DNA of 64,000 nt from Rubripirellula sp. (GCA_965216875.1 OZ244207.1:512001-576000), one strand, 5' to 3'. Shown: positions 9,621 through 20,250, numbered from the stretch's first letter. The notes: a model not told the origin generated them from the letters alone. Made by a program: numbers and translations.

Positions 9621-11879
9621 TCACTCTTGCTCGCCATCGTTGTTGGTAAGGCATTCGGTCAGGAAGTTCTCGAATTGCCACATCGTCCAGTGGAAGTACT
9701 TGTTCTTGTGCCGGCCATAGTTAAAGAACCCATGCTCGGCGCCGTCATAGTTGACGAACCGGTACGCGTTGCCAAGTTGATGCATTCGGTTACCGAGTGA
9801 TTCAAGTTGTGCCGGTGTGATGAGCCCATCCTTGCTTCCGCTTAGAACAAGCATTGGCGGCAGGCCAGCCTTCACATGGTGCGCCGGCGAAAACGACCTG
9901 GGGTCGATGCCGAACGCCTTGCAACGATTGCGTCCGCCGCTCCAACCATCAACCAAATCCACCACTGGATTGAACAACACAAATCCGGCCGGCATCTTTT
10001 CAATCACGGGGTCATCGGAGAGTGCAATTGTGGGCAATGCCAACGAAAGATGCCCTCCAGCACTGCCGCCGGAGACGAAGATTTTGTCGATGTCGATATT
10101 GTGTTTCGAGCCATGGGCGACGACCCAGCGGTAGGCGTTTCTCGCATCACGCAACGTGTCATGTGGTGTCACCACATCCGCCTGTTTTGCAGCCGAATTC
10201 CCTTTGGTTGGCGGGCGAAAATGAATCACCACGCTCGTGTATCCCAAACGCTGAAGGTACACGGCCTGCGCAGCGAGCGCTTGTGGAGTGCCGCCCCATG
10301 ATCCGCCATGAACCAAGAACACACAGGGACGTTGTTCGTTGCCGACCACCGAAAGGGGTTTGAAGATCCAAAGTTTTTGCTCGGCTTCCGTTCCGTAGGC
10401 AAACTCCTCGCCTTCGTTTAACAGTCGCGTGTTGATTTGCCCGAGTTCTTTCCCGTTCTTTGGTACATACAAAAAGTCGTGCTGTGGCTTGCCGTAGGCG
10501 CCGACCAATGGCGGTTCGTCGGATCCCGCCAATGCCGACTCGATCACGTCTTGAAGCTGCGTCTTGGCGCGTTGCATCTCCGGTGTCAATGCTTGAGGAT
10601 CAAGTTCCACTTCCTCGAGCGGTCGGTCGGTCAATTTGTAGAGCCGGCCGTTGCGATACATTTTGTAGTTCTTATTCAGTGCGAAGACGTGGCGGTTGAA
10701 ACGTTCTTTGTCCCAGCCTGGTCGGGGGTCGTACCAACAAAACACACTCTCCCGAACACGTTCGGCCGGTTGGCCAAACAATCGTTTCGCAAAGCTTATT
10801 CCGTCGATCGTTTCGTTTGGTTGCAACTGCGACCCAGCGAGTTCGAGCAGCGTTGGGACGAAGTCGGATGCGTCGACAAGATTTGCATCGACCCCTGGCT
10901 CAATCTTGCCAGGCCAATGTGCGATCAGCGGAACGTGCACTCCGGTTTGTTTCGGCGTTGCTTTGCCACCCTGGATCGATCGCCCGTCTTCGAACGAAGT
11001 GTTGACTTTCACGTCGGTTCCGTTGTCGCTGTAAAACAACACCAGCGTGTTGTCCCGCAAACCTTGCTGATCCAATCGATCGAGCAAGTTGCCGACGGTC
11101 TTGTCCATGTACTCGACCATGTCGTCAAAGTACTCGACGCTCTCTTCGGGAGTGTTCTGTGGATTCCAATCGGCCGAATCGGGCGTCGGCTCGAAAGGCC
11201 AATGGGGCAGTGCCATCGGGTAATAGACGAAGGTCGGTTCATCACGTGTTGCATCCATGAAGTCAACAATCTTGTCGACCCAGATGTCTTCGCCGTATTT
11301 TCCGTCGTAGGTTTTGACCTGTCCGGGCTCGCCTTGCTTGCCCTCAAGCATTGTGGGATTTGCGTATCGCGACCCCTTGTCTTCGGTGTGCAACGCATGG
11401 AAGAGCGCATAGCGGTCAAAGCCGGCGTCCTTGGGATGCATGCCTCTACTGCGTCGCTTTTCGGCGCCCGGCAAATCGGGCGGGTCATACGATTGGAGTT
11501 GCCATTTGCCAAAGATGCCGGTGGTGTATCCCGCCTTCTGCATTCGGTGGCCAAAGGTCGTTTCCTTTGGATCAAGAATGCCAAAGTACATCCAGTTGCG
11601 ATGGTTGTATTTGCCCGTCATCAGTTGCACGCGTGTCGGCGTACAGAGTGGTTGGGCATAGGCGTGTGAAAACTTCAAGCCGGTCGCTGCAAGTTCGTTC
11701 AATCGGGGCGTGCGATAGGCTGTGCCGCCGTAACACTCCAGTCCCTCGATCCCCAAATCATCGGCCATGATCAGCAGAATGTTGGGGCGAGAAGGACTGG
11801 GTTTGGGCTCGGCATTTGCCGAGGACGAGAGCAAGGACGTCAGTAGGATGGCAAAGAGCGTGGTGGCTTTTTTGTGCAT
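9621..11879 (-). CDS. Sulfatase fused to a C-terminal alpha/beta-hydrolase (esterase/lipase-like)
   Basis: Signal peptide, PNILLIMADDLG, CTPTR formylglycine motif and SDNG. C-terminal HGGSW, GGSAGG nucleophile elbow, GSKD and HGFFN. Confidence 0.9.
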   Translation of the reverse strand: MHKKATTLFAILLTSLLSSSANAEPKPSPSRPNILLIMADDLGIEGLECYGGTAYRTPRLNELAATGLKFSHAYAQPLCTPTRVQLMTGKYNHRNWMYFGILDPKETTFGHRMQKAGYTTGIFGKWQLQSYDPPDLPGAEKRRSRGMHPKDAGFDRYALFHALHTEDKGSRYANPTMLEGKQGEPGQVKTYDGKYGEDIWVDKIVDFMDATRDEPTFVYYPMALPHWPFEPTPDSADWNPQNTPEESVEYFDDMVEYMDKTVGNLLDRLDQQGLRDNTLVLFYSDNGTDVKVNTSFEDGRSIQGGKATPKQTGVHVPLIAHWPGKIEPGVDANLVDASDFVPTLLELAGSQLQPNETIDGISFAKRLFGQPAERVRESVFCWYDPRPGWDKERFNRHVFALNKNYKMYRNGRLYKLTDRPLEEVELDPQALTPEMQRAKTQLQDVIESALAGSDEPPLVGAYGKPQHDFLYVPKNGKELGQINTRLLNEGEEFAYGTEAEQKLWIFKPLSVVGNEQRPCVFLVHGGSWGGTPQALAAQAVYLQRLGYTSVVIHFRPPTKGNSAAKQADVVTPHDTLRDARNAYRWVVAHGSKHNIDIDKIFVSGGSAGGHLSLALPTIALSDDPVIEKMPAGFVLFNPVVDLVDGWSGGRNRCKAFGIDPRSFSPAHHVKAGLPPMLVLSGSKDGLITPAQLESLGNRMHQLGNAYRFVNYDGAEHGFFNYGRHKNKYFHWTMWQFENFLTECLTNNDGEQE

Positions 11880-12002
11880 CGTTGTTTCGGGAGGGAGAGT
11901 TCCTGGGACGGGAAGGGTGGCGAATTCCAATTCGCGCCGTCGCATTCTGGCTACCGGCCCGGCCAAGGTCAAACAGGCGTGCGAGTGAGCGGGCGTGACT
12001 CG

Positions 12003-13043
12003 CTACAAGAATCTCGCAGCCGTTTCGCGGCTAATTCGACCCGAGTCCTGCAGTTGTCGGATCGATTCGGCCAGCGACACCATGCCGTCGGCACGTCCCG
12101 TCATGATCCCGGTATCGATGCTTTCGATCTTTCCGAGGCGAATCGCGCTGGCAATCGGATTCGTGTTGAACATCACTTCGAGCGCTAGCTCGCGTTTGTC
12201 TCCCTCTTCGCTCGGAAGCAAATGCTGACTCACGACCGCTCGCAGACTCATCGCCAACTGCGACCGCAACTCCGTTTGGATGTTCTGGGGGACAAGGTCC
12301 GTGAATCTCGAGATGGCACCTTTGCAATCGCGGGTGTGCAGCGTGCTGAAGACGAGGTGTCCCGTTTCTGCGGCACTCAACGCCATTTGTGCGGTCTCGC
12401 GATCGCGGATTTCGCCGACAAGGATCACGTCTGGATCTTGCCGCAATCCGTACCTCAGGCCATCCGCAAACGACTGGACATCTCGACCAACTTCGCGCTG
12501 GGTCACGATCGAGTCTTCGACGCGTGGAAAGAGGTATTCGATGGGGTCTTCGACCGTGATGATTCGTTGCCCACCAGCTTGGTTGAGCAATTCGATCACC
12601 ATTGCCAATGAGGTTGTCTTGCCTGAGCCAGTGACCCCGGTGAACAGGACCAGCCCATTGCGAAAGTCAATCAACCGCGAGGCCAGTTCTTTCGGGAATC
12701 CTGCCCAATCAAATTCCGGGATCTGATCAGGGATAAATCGAAAGCAGGCGCCAAGTTCTTGATTGCTGACGTAGTAGTTGGTGCGAAACCGGTGGGGCGA
12801 ACCTTGCAGGTCGATCTGCAACGCAAAGTCAACGTTGTGTTGCGATTGGAATCGCACCAGTGCGTCTTCCGGACAAACGGCAAACAATGCCTGCTGGACG
12901 GATGGGTTGTCCAGCAGTGGCCCGTCCAGAGCAATCAGTTGCCCATGCAGACGGATTGTCGGCCGGTGACCACAGAGGATGTGCAAGTCGGACGCGCCCG
13001 CTTCAACTGCAGCGGCGAGCCACTGATGAATCTCGGTGCTCAT
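12003..13043 (-). CDS. pilT: PilT/PilU family type IV pilus retraction ATPase
   Basis: GASDLHI, Walker A GVTGSGKTT, TVEDPIEY, Walker B DPDVILVGEIRD and His box TGHLVFSTLHT. Confidence 0.9.
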   Translation of the reverse strand: MSTEIHQWLAAAVEAGASDLHILCGHRPTIRLHGQLIALDGPLLDNPSVQQALFAVCPEDALVRFQSQHNVDFALQIDLQGSPHRFRTNYYVSNQELGACFRFIPDQIPEFDWAGFPKELASRLIDFRNGLVLFTGVTGSGKTTSLAMVIELLNQAGGQRIITVEDPIEYLFPRVEDSIVTQREVGRDVQSFADGLRYGLRQDPDVILVGEIRDRETAQMALSAAETGHLVFSTLHTRDCKGAISRFTDLVPQNIQTELRSQLAMSLRAVVSQHLLPSEEGDKRELALEVMFNTNPIASAIRLGKIESIDTGIMTGRADGMVSLAESIRQLQDSGRISRETAARFL

Positions 13044-13081
13044 GGTGCCAGTCAAGAATTCGACGCAATGACGCGTCGTCG

Positions 13082-13870
13082 CTAAAAATCGGTCAACGGC
13101 TGAATTTGTTCTTTGCCAGCTCGAGTGACAAGAGCGTCAAACAGACCTCGATCGATGGTCGATGTCACGGCGATCACCGCGCCGTCGCCCATCAGCAAGT
13201 GAGCGACCTCTTGGTCGTCCATTGATTGAAGGGTCGTGTAGGCTTCGTTTGGTGACATGTCTTCGAGCGAGGTCCACTTGGTAAACCGATGTGGGAATTC
13301 GATCGCAATCGCCGTGTTGGCAAGGCCATCGAGGATATCGCGGAATCTCGTTGTCTTGTTCGGTTCGGGGTGGAACACTGCTTCGTCCGAGACAATGGCA
13401 AAGATGCCAGTTTGTCCGTCGGGCTGGCCATGTGCTTGGAAAGCCATCGGAGTCGGGAAATTTATCGAATCGAAACCGGCCTTGGTGTGGTTCGGCTGGT
13501 CGACGTACATGCTCCAAGCAGCCTGCCCCTCAACAAATGGGCTGATCCCAAACCGCCAATTGAAGACGACGTCTCCGGCAGTTTCGGTGTAAGTGTGCGG
13601 CAAAGCTTTAAACGCCGAGTGATAGTTGTGGATTGCAAGTCCGACTTGCTTCATGTTGTTCTGGCGTTGCATCCGGCCCGCAGCGTCACGCGCGGCGGAC
13701 ACAGCTGGCAACAACAGGGCGGCCAGAACTCCGGCACAAACCAATCCGACCACGAACAAGACCCCCAGCACGATCGCGATGATCACGCCAGTACCCATGC
13801 CACTCTTTTGCGGCTGGACGGGCTGTTGCGCATAAGGGTGGGGATTTTGATACGGAGGAACGGTAGACAT
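13082..13870 (-). CDS. DUF1559 domain protein with N-terminal membrane anchor
   Basis: [44 protein letters not shown] and HLLMGDG. It lacks the GFTL prepilin cleavage site. Confidence 0.88.
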   Translation of the reverse strand: MSTVPPYQNPHPYAQQPVQPQKSGMGTGVIIAIVLGVLFVVGLVCAGVLAALLLPAVSAARDAAGRMQRQNNMKQVGLAIHNYHSAFKALPHTYTETAGDVVFNWRFGISPFVEGQAAWSMYVDQPNHTKAGFDSINFPTPMAFQAHGQPDGQTGIFAIVSDEAVFHPEPNKTTRFRDILDGLANTAIAIEFPHRFTKWTSLEDMSPNEAYTTLQSMDDQEVAHLLMGDGAVIAVTSTIDRGLFDALVTRAGKEQIQPLTDF

Positions 13871-14065
13871 GGATGGATCCAGAAAAAGTGCACGGGCAAT
13901 TCAACTGGATGCATTGTATGGCACTCAGACGCGCCACAACAAGAATCGAACGTCGGTTCGTCGCTACCTTCACCAGAAGGTGGGAGGTTTACAGGTGAAG
14001 CTGGCACGCGCGTTTGCGGGGCATGCTGGCGAAAGAGGAATTCGAACCGCCACGCGACGAATCGC

Positions 14066-15190
14066 TCACTGGCCTTCGATGTACAGAAGCTGAATCTTGG
14101 CTTTGGGCAGTTTTGGCGAAAGTGCCGCCACACCTTCTTTGGTGACCTCCGTCCGGGTCACGATGAGTTTTTCCATATTGACCAGCGGCTCGAGGTGTAT
14201 CAGGCCGGCGTCAGTGATGCCGGTCGATCCGAGATGTAAGAATGTGAGCTTGGTCATGCCGCTAAACGTTGGCATGCTCTCGTCGGTCATCCGCGTGTTG
14301 TCGACGTTAAGACTTTCAAGGTTGGTTAGGGGAGCGAGTGCGGCGATCCCGGCGTCACCGATTTGTGCACGCCAAAGATTGAGCTTCTTTAACTTTGTCA
14401 GTTTGCCAACGGACTCCAACGCGTCATCAAAAAACGCGGTGCATTCGCTCAAGTCAAGTTCTTCGAGGTTTTCAAGTGCTGGAAGCCCAGCGAGGCCGGT
14501 CGCATCGAGTTGGCCATTTTTCGATAACCGCAAACTCTTGAGCTTGGGGAAGTTGACGAGAATTGGCATCACTTCATTGCCAACCAACGTCTCTCCAAGT
14601 TGCAGCTGCTGCAATCCCTTGAGTGGCGTCAGTGTCTTGATGCCCTCTTCAGAGATCCAAAGACCATCGAGGGAAAGGTTGCGCAGTTTCGTGAGCTTGG
14701 CGACGTGGGCCATGCCAGCGTCTTCGACTTCCGTGATCTGTCCTTTTCCAGACAAACGCAGTTCGACCAATTCGGTCAATCCAGTCAAATGGCTGAGCGA
14801 ATCATCATCAATCTCGCACACGCGAAGATCGAGTGCTTTGAGCGTCTTGATCTGACCAACGGTTTTCAAACCTTCGGAAGTGATCTTCGTTTCCGCAAGC
14901 CGCAGGGCGCGCAGTCGAGGCAAGCCGAGCAGGTGCTCAAGGATCTCGTCGCCAACGTCGGTCGTGCGCAGATCGACATCGACGACATAACCGCCTTCGA
15001 CGCGCAGATTTTTTGCGACCGCTTCGAGCGCCGCGACACAGGCCGGATCATCCGCAGGTTCGGAGGGCTTCGGTTGTGTTTCAGCAGAAGTGTTGGATAC
15101 CGCCGGGGCGGCCTCTTCTTTTTTGCTGCACCCACCAACACCAACCGCAGCGACCAACAAGCTGGCCACCATCAATTCACGTACGCTCAT
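14066..15190 (-). CDS. Leucine-rich repeat lipoprotein
   Basis: Lipobox VGGC followed by about 24-aa LxxLxxLxLxxxxI repeats. Confidence 0.9.
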   Translation of the reverse strand: MSVRELMVASLLVAAVGVGGCSKKEEAAPAVSNTSAETQPKPSEPADDPACVAALEAVAKNLRVEGGYVVDVDLRTTDVGDEILEHLLGLPRLRALRLAETKITSEGLKTVGQIKTLKALDLRVCEIDDDSLSHLTGLTELVELRLSGKGQITEVEDAGMAHVAKLTKLRNLSLDGLWISEEGIKTLTPLKGLQQLQLGETLVGNEVMPILVNFPKLKSLRLSKNGQLDATGLAGLPALENLEELDLSECTAFFDDALESVGKLTKLKKLNLWRAQIGDAGIAALAPLTNLESLNVDNTRMTDESMPTFSGMTKLTFLHLGSTGITDAGLIHLEPLVNMEKLIVTRTEVTKEGVAALSPKLPKAKIQLLYIEGQ

Positions 15191-15219
15191 GCCAATTGCT
15201 TTGTCAAATCCTGATTCAA

Positions 15220-15378
15220 CGTAGTGGACGAGGCCACGAGTCCCTCATTTTCGTAGTGGACGAGGCCACGAGTCCCTAATTTTCGTAGTGGACGAGGCCA
15301 CGAGTCCCTCAAACTTCGCAATCCCAATGCCTTCGTCTTCAATCGAAGTGGACGAGGACTCGTTGCCTCGTCCACTAC
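15220..15378. repeat. GTAG-type REP cluster: three tandem 26-bp copies (period 32) plus one inverted copy
   Basis: CGTAGTGGACGAGGCCACGAGTCCCT at 15220, 15252 and 15284, separated by 6-nt linkers. Inverted GGACTCGTTGCCTCGTCCACTAC at 15356-15378. Confidence 0.9.
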
Positions 15379-15394
15379 CAAGACCGTTGGAGGT

Positions 15395-16726
15395 CTAGGC
15401 CTTGTGCTCGACCACTTCCCAGCCGGGACGATAGTCTTTGTCGACGTACTGGTTTGCTTCCGGAACGTTGGTCACTTTCAAGTTCTCGGCATCCCATTCA
15501 ATTGGTTTGCCGGATCGGTAAGCGACATTGCCCAGCAACACGGTCTCGGTCAAAGCGCCCGAGTAGTTGAAGTTGCATGTTGTTTCGGAACCATCCTTAC
15601 ACGCTTTGATCCATTCGGCGTGATGGCCGATCGAGCGAGGGATGGATGGCTTAGGTGGCTCAAACCCTTTGAACTTGTCTTTCGGGAACAAACGGTAGCT
15701 GCCGTAGTCGGCAAACATGTGGCCTTCGGTGCCAACAAACATCACGCCGCTGTGAGGTACGCGTTCACCCGCGACTTCGCGAGGCGTCATGTTGCCGTCA
15801 TACCAAGTGAAGTTCATTGGCGCGGCCAGGTTGCTTGGACTTGGGAAGGTGTACTTCACGCTCAGTCCAAGAGGGCAGGTTTCCGGGTGCACGGGAGGTC
15901 CCGATGCTTCGGCCGTCAGCGGATGACGCAAACCGAGCGCCCAGAATGGAAGGTCCATGTAGTGACAGCCCATGTCTCCGAGCGTTCCTTGACCAAAGTC
16001 CCACCAGCGACGCCATTGAGCTGGGTGGTATCGGCCGGCAGCGTAGGGACGCTCGGGCGCGGGTCCCAACCAAAGGTCCCAGCTCAGGTGAGCCGGTGGA
16101 GCTTGTCCTTTTTCGGGGCGCTCGCCGCCGCCCCAACCTTTGCCAACCCAGACGTGAACGTCGGTCACATCACCGATCGTTCCCGCTTGGATGATTTCAA
16201 CGACACGGCGATAGTTTTCACCGGCGTGAATCTGTGTGCCCATCTGCGTCGCAACACCTTTTCGCTTTGCCGCTTCGGCGATCAAGCGAGCTTCTTTGAT
16301 GGTGTGCGTGAGAGGCTTCTCGCAGTAGCAATGCAGGCCCGCATTGATGCCGCGAATCGCAGCAGGTGCGTGGTTATGGTCGGCCGTCGCAACCACGATC
16401 GCATCCGCCTTGTCGGCTTCGTTGGCGATCATTTCGCGATAGTCGGCGTAGGTCGCTGCGTCCTTGAACTTTGCCGAAGCTCGGTCGAGGTAGTTCTTGT
16501 CGACGTCACAGAGCCCGACGATTTCTTCGTCCTCGACACCTTTGACGTTTTCAGCGGCGCGGTTGGCGGTCCCGACGCAAAGGATTTTGATTTTTTCGTT
16601 TGGCGACTTCGACTCGTCAGCGGCAACTTCGCTCCAAACACCAGCCGAAAGAACGGCAGCACTTGCGCTGGATGCTTGAATGAACCGACGTCGATTCAGT
16701 GAGTTTTTGGGGAGATTCTTCGACAT
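15395..16726 (-). CDS. Tat-exported Gfo/Idh/MocA family oxidoreductase
   Basis: Twin-arginine signal NRRRFI, CEKPL, TQMGTQ, WDLWLGPAP and GTLGDMGCH. Confidence 0.92.
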   Translation of the reverse strand: MSKNLPKNSLNRRRFIQASSASAAVLSAGVWSEVAADESKSPNEKIKILCVGTANRAAENVKGVEDEEIVGLCDVDKNYLDRASAKFKDAATYADYREMIANEADKADAIVVATADHNHAPAAIRGINAGLHCYCEKPLTHTIKEARLIAEAAKRKGVATQMGTQIHAGENYRRVVEIIQAGTIGDVTDVHVWVGKGWGGGERPEKGQAPPAHLSWDLWLGPAPERPYAAGRYHPAQWRRWWDFGQGTLGDMGCHYMDLPFWALGLRHPLTAEASGPPVHPETCPLGLSVKYTFPSPSNLAAPMNFTWYDGNMTPREVAGERVPHSGVMFVGTEGHMFADYGSYRLFPKDKFKGFEPPKPSIPRSIGHHAEWIKACKDGSETTCNFNYSGALTETVLLGNVAYRSGKPIEWDAENLKVTNVPEANQYVDKDYRPGWEVVEHKA

Positions 16727-16854
16727 GCTCGCCTCGTATTCGATGCCGGGACAGGAAAGGTGGGAGAATTCTGCAGCAGATGCTGTGGCGGGGACCGATA
16801 TCGTAGTCGAACTTGGGCTCGCTTGCAGGGGACTGATTCGGCGTTGGTAAAGGA

Positions 16855-17011
16855 GTGAGCCGAACGCGCTAGCGTCGGGCCCCCAGAGATGCGTCGAGGA
16901 GTGCAAGGCCCGACGCCAGTCGGTTCGGCTCACGAAAATCGCGCCCTTCTTTGTAGGTCATGCTCCGCATGACGGGCTTTCGAGGGCCCGACGCTAGCGC
17001 GTTCGGCTCAC
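16855..17011. repeat. REP/BIME-like cluster (GTGAGCCGAACGCGCTAGCGTCGGGCCC family plus GTAGGTCATGCTCCGCATGAC)
   Basis: Copies at 16855-16882 (+), 16907-16933 (-) and 16984-17011 (-), with a second-family palindrome at 16953-16973. The first family recurs at 35409-35673. Confidence 0.85.
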
Positions 17012-17030
17012 AAAACACACAGCGCTTCGG

Positions 17031-18572
17031 CTAGCGACCCAATCCGGTCTCCTCCATCGACACCATGTCGACGTAGCGGTCGACGATGCGGTCACTTGCA
17101 AACAGTGGCAAGTTGTTGGCCAATGAGACCGACACGAGCGTTTCGACCAAGCGGCGATGCTTGATGTAGTCGAGTTCCGAATCTTCAGATGCTTGCGCCA
17201 AATCGCGACGTTTCTGAAGCGATTGTTCGTAGGCAGCGAAACTGTCCATTGCTTTGATGTCTTCGAGCAAACCGTCGCGTTGGTCTTCGCTAAACAATTC
17301 CGACTTGTGCCAGTTCTCTTTGTCGGCGAGATCTGGAAACGCTTCAAACACTTCGTCACGCAACTTTGATGTTCCAGATCGCCGTCGCCAACTTCGGCGA
17401 TAGTCACGTCGTGCTGAATGAAAGGTGTTTCGCTGGGCTTGGTAGGCCGCAACCACTTCACCGAGTGACGACTCAAGGCTGATGCCAAGCCGGTCGGTCA
17501 GGCCCATGATCAACGCTTGCACATCAGGCCGCGCCGTTGAAGCGAATTCCTCCAGCGTCCCTGGCACATGCTCGAGTAGCTCGATCATGCGATCAGATGA
17601 TTGAACATCCGGGATTTCGTCTCGCTGGTACTTTGGCGGGTCGTCTGCACGCCGCATGCGACTGTAGTGTCTCAGCAGCGACTCGCTCGCGCGCAAGGGA
17701 ATGTCGATGGTGTTGCTTGCCAGTACGGCGTGAGCATGTGCTTCGGCAAGTGAAACGATGTGGTCGCCATCGAGGTCGATGTCCGATTTCGTTTTGCCGT
17801 TACGACTGCGGCCGACCAAGGCACCCCAGAAAAAGCTGCTGTACTCTTCGTCGTTTTCGATGTCGGGCCGGCATCCAGCTGCGGGCAAGTTGTGCTGCTG
17901 GGCAAAGAATCCAGTTCTCAGGTGTTTCGACAGTCGCTCGTCCGCGTTGGCGTCATCAAAGATCACGTGTGCGAAACCGCCGCAGTAACACTGGGCCATC
18001 ACCATCACGACAGGAACGTCTTCGGGGAGGCCATCGAGCATTTGTGTGAACTGCTCGGCCGAGATCGCTTTTCGGCCCCAACAATTGATCGTCGTGTTGT
18101 GCTTGTTTTTGCCTTTGGCAGAACTGCCATGGGCGGTCACGTAGACGAACAGCCGATCGCCGGCGCCAACGCGAAGGGCAAGTTCCTTGACGCCATCGCG
18201 AATGTTCTGGGGTGAAGTCGACCCCGCGATCCCTGCCACTTGGTGGTCCCGGTACGTTACCGGGTTGCTCGAACGTGTTCGCGACCGATGCAATCGCGAA
18301 ACCAATTGCTTGGCCGTCACACTTGGCCGCTTGACCGCGACTTGCAAGTCCTTGCCATCGTCTTCGCCATCAGCAAAGTAGATCATGTGCGATGGCGGCG
18401 ATGGATACTCTTCGATCAAGATCTCCTGCAGAAACCGAACGTTTGCTTCGAGCGATGCTTGATTCCCTTCGCGTGCGTAACCGCCACCGATGGTAAGGAA
18501 ATAGTCAGCTGCAAAGACGGGGGACGCCAAAAGCAAGGTCGTTGCAACCGCCAAGACACGTGAAGGGTTCAT
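17031..18572 (-). CDS. Secreted caspase/legumain-fold (clan CD, C13-like) cysteine peptidase candidate
   Basis: Signal peptide, LFVYVTAHG (catalytic His-Gly) and VVMVMAQCYCGGF (catalytic Cys) in clan CD spacing. EF-hand-like DIDLDGDHIVSLAEA. Confidence 0.65.
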   Translation of the reverse strand: MNPSRVLAVATTLLLASPVFAADYFLTIGGGYAREGNQASLEANVRFLQEILIEEYPSPPSHMIYFADGEDDGKDLQVAVKRPSVTAKQLVSRLHRSRTRSSNPVTYRDHQVAGIAGSTSPQNIRDGVKELALRVGAGDRLFVYVTAHGSSAKGKNKHNTTINCWGRKAISAEQFTQMLDGLPEDVPVVMVMAQCYCGGFAHVIFDDANADERLSKHLRTGFFAQQHNLPAAGCRPDIENDEEYSSFFWGALVGRSRNGKTKSDIDLDGDHIVSLAEAHAHAVLASNTIDIPLRASESLLRHYSRMRRADDPPKYQRDEIPDVQSSDRMIELLEHVPGTLEEFASTARPDVQALIMGLTDRLGISLESSLGEVVAAYQAQRNTFHSARRDYRRSWRRRSGTSKLRDEVFEAFPDLADKENWHKSELFSEDQRDGLLEDIKAMDSFAAYEQSLQKRRDLAQASEDSELDYIKHRRLVETLVSVSLANNLPLFASDRIVDRYVDMVSMEETGLGR

Positions 18573-18858
18573 ACCAATGCCAATCCTGTGCTGGGACAAA
18601 GTTGGTGGTGGGGTGAAATCACCCTGTCTAGTGTACCCTGCCGGCAAAGCACGACGCCCAGTCGAAATCGGTGGACCGGGGTGAATTTGGCTGCCAAGGA
18701 ACGCGCATCCGCTACGGGTGCTCGCGTTTTACCTGACCGATAAGCTTGCCCTCTTGCGCCTTTTTGCGGCGATCCGGCGTCATCTCCACACGGACGTGAA
18801 ATTGACTACAGTAAGACCCTACGACCAACTTCCTTCCATAACTGCAGCCCACCACAAC

Positions 18859-20241
18859 ATGCTTCGTCGATTCGCACTCTTTCACCTCGCCCTCGCGTTC
18901 CTCTTTTCCGGCATTCTTTACGGAGCCGAATCGAAGCCGCCAAACATCGTCTACATCCTGTTGGATGACGCGGGTTACGGAGATCTGTCGTGTTACGGCC
19001 AGGCAAATTTCTCGACGCCGAACATCGATCGACTGGCCCAGGAAGGCATGCGGTTTACCGACCACTACTCGGGAAGCACGGTTTGCGCTCCGACGCGGTG
19101 CTGCTTGATGACGGGCGTGCACACGGGACATTCTTTTGTCCGTGGCAATCGCGAAGTAAAGCCGGAAGGCCAAGCCGCAATGCCCGCCGACATCCTGACC
19201 ATCCCACGGTTGCTTCGAAACAAAGGTTACGTCACGGGTGCCTTTGGCAAGTGGGGACTTGGCGCACCAGGTTCGACCAGTGATCCGGTGGAACATTTTG
19301 ACGTGTTCTACGGTTACAACTGCCAACGCCAAGCTCATTCGTACTACCCCACACACTTGTGGAGCAACCATGAGCGAGTGCCGATGGATGGCGAAACCTA
19401 TAGTGCTACCCTCATTCACGAGCAGGCGCTCAAGTTCATCCGTGACAATAAAGACAAGCCGTTCTTTGCCTTTGTCCCCACGGCCATTCCGCATGCCGCC
19501 ATGCATGCCCCCGAATCGTATGTCGCGCCGTTTCGCAAAAAGTTCCCGCAGTTCGAGGATGTGGTCGGCAAGTATTCTGGACCGAACGTCAAGAATCCCG
19601 TTGCATGCTTCGCTGGGATGATGACGCTTGTCGATCAACAGGTTGGCCAGATCGTTGCCTTGCTTGACGAACTCGATCTCGAAGACGACACGTTGGTAAT
19701 GCTTTCGAGCGACAATGGTCCACACCAGGAAGGTGGCCACGATCCCGTGTTCTTCAATAGCAACGGTCCGCTGAAAGGTTTTAAGCGAGACCTTTACGAG
19801 GGCGGCATTCGCGCTCCGCTGATTGCGCGCTGGCCAGGCAAGATCAAACCGGGCACGACCTCCAGTTTGATGTCAGCCCACTGGGACATGCTGCCAACCT
19901 TCTGCGAGCTCTCGGGTGCGAAGGCACCTGAGGGCATCGATGGGATTTCGATCACTCACGAGTTGTTTGGAAAGCCGAACCAAGCTCAGCACGACTATTT
20001 GTATTGGGAGTTTTACGAGCGAGGCGGCAAACGCGCCGTTCGTTTTGGTGATTGGAAAGCGGTTCAATTGAATTTGCGAAAGCAAGCCAACCCTCCCATC
20101 GAGCTTTACTACTTGCCCAATGACATTGGCGAAGACAAGAACGTCGCTGAAGAGCACCCCGACAAAGTCGAGCAAGCCAAGAAGTACTTCGCTGATGCTC
20201 ACACGCCGTCGCCATTCTGGTCGTTCAGTAACCGCAAGTAA
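18859..20241 (+). CDS. Arylsulfatase
   Basis: PNIVYILLDDAGYGD, CAPTR, GKWGLG, SSDNG and LYEGGIR. Confidence 0.95.
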   Translation: MLRRFALFHLALAFLFSGILYGAESKPPNIVYILLDDAGYGDLSCYGQANFSTPNIDRLAQEGMRFTDHYSGSTVCAPTRCCLMTGVHTGHSFVRGNREVKPEGQAAMPADILTIPRLLRNKGYVTGAFGKWGLGAPGSTSDPVEHFDVFYGYNCQRQAHSYYPTHLWSNHERVPMDGETYSATLIHEQALKFIRDNKDKPFFAFVPTAIPHAAMHAPESYVAPFRKKFPQFEDVVGKYSGPNVKNPVACFAGMMTLVDQQVGQIVALLDELDLEDDTLVMLSSDNGPHQEGGHDPVFFNSNGPLKGFKRDLYEGGIRAPLIARWPGKIKPGTTSSLMSAHWDMLPTFCELSGAKAPEGIDGISITHELFGKPNQAQHDYLYWEFYERGGKRAVRFGDWKAVQLNLRKQANPPIELYYLPNDIGEDKNVAEEHPDKVEQAKKYFADAHTPSPFWSFSNRK

Positions 20242-20250
20242 GGTTCGGAC

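Noticed and set aside
15220..15309. Possible CRISPR array
   Set aside because: The spacers are only 6 nt and nearly identical, an inverted copy follows, the unit carries a GTAG REP end, and there are no cas genes nearby.
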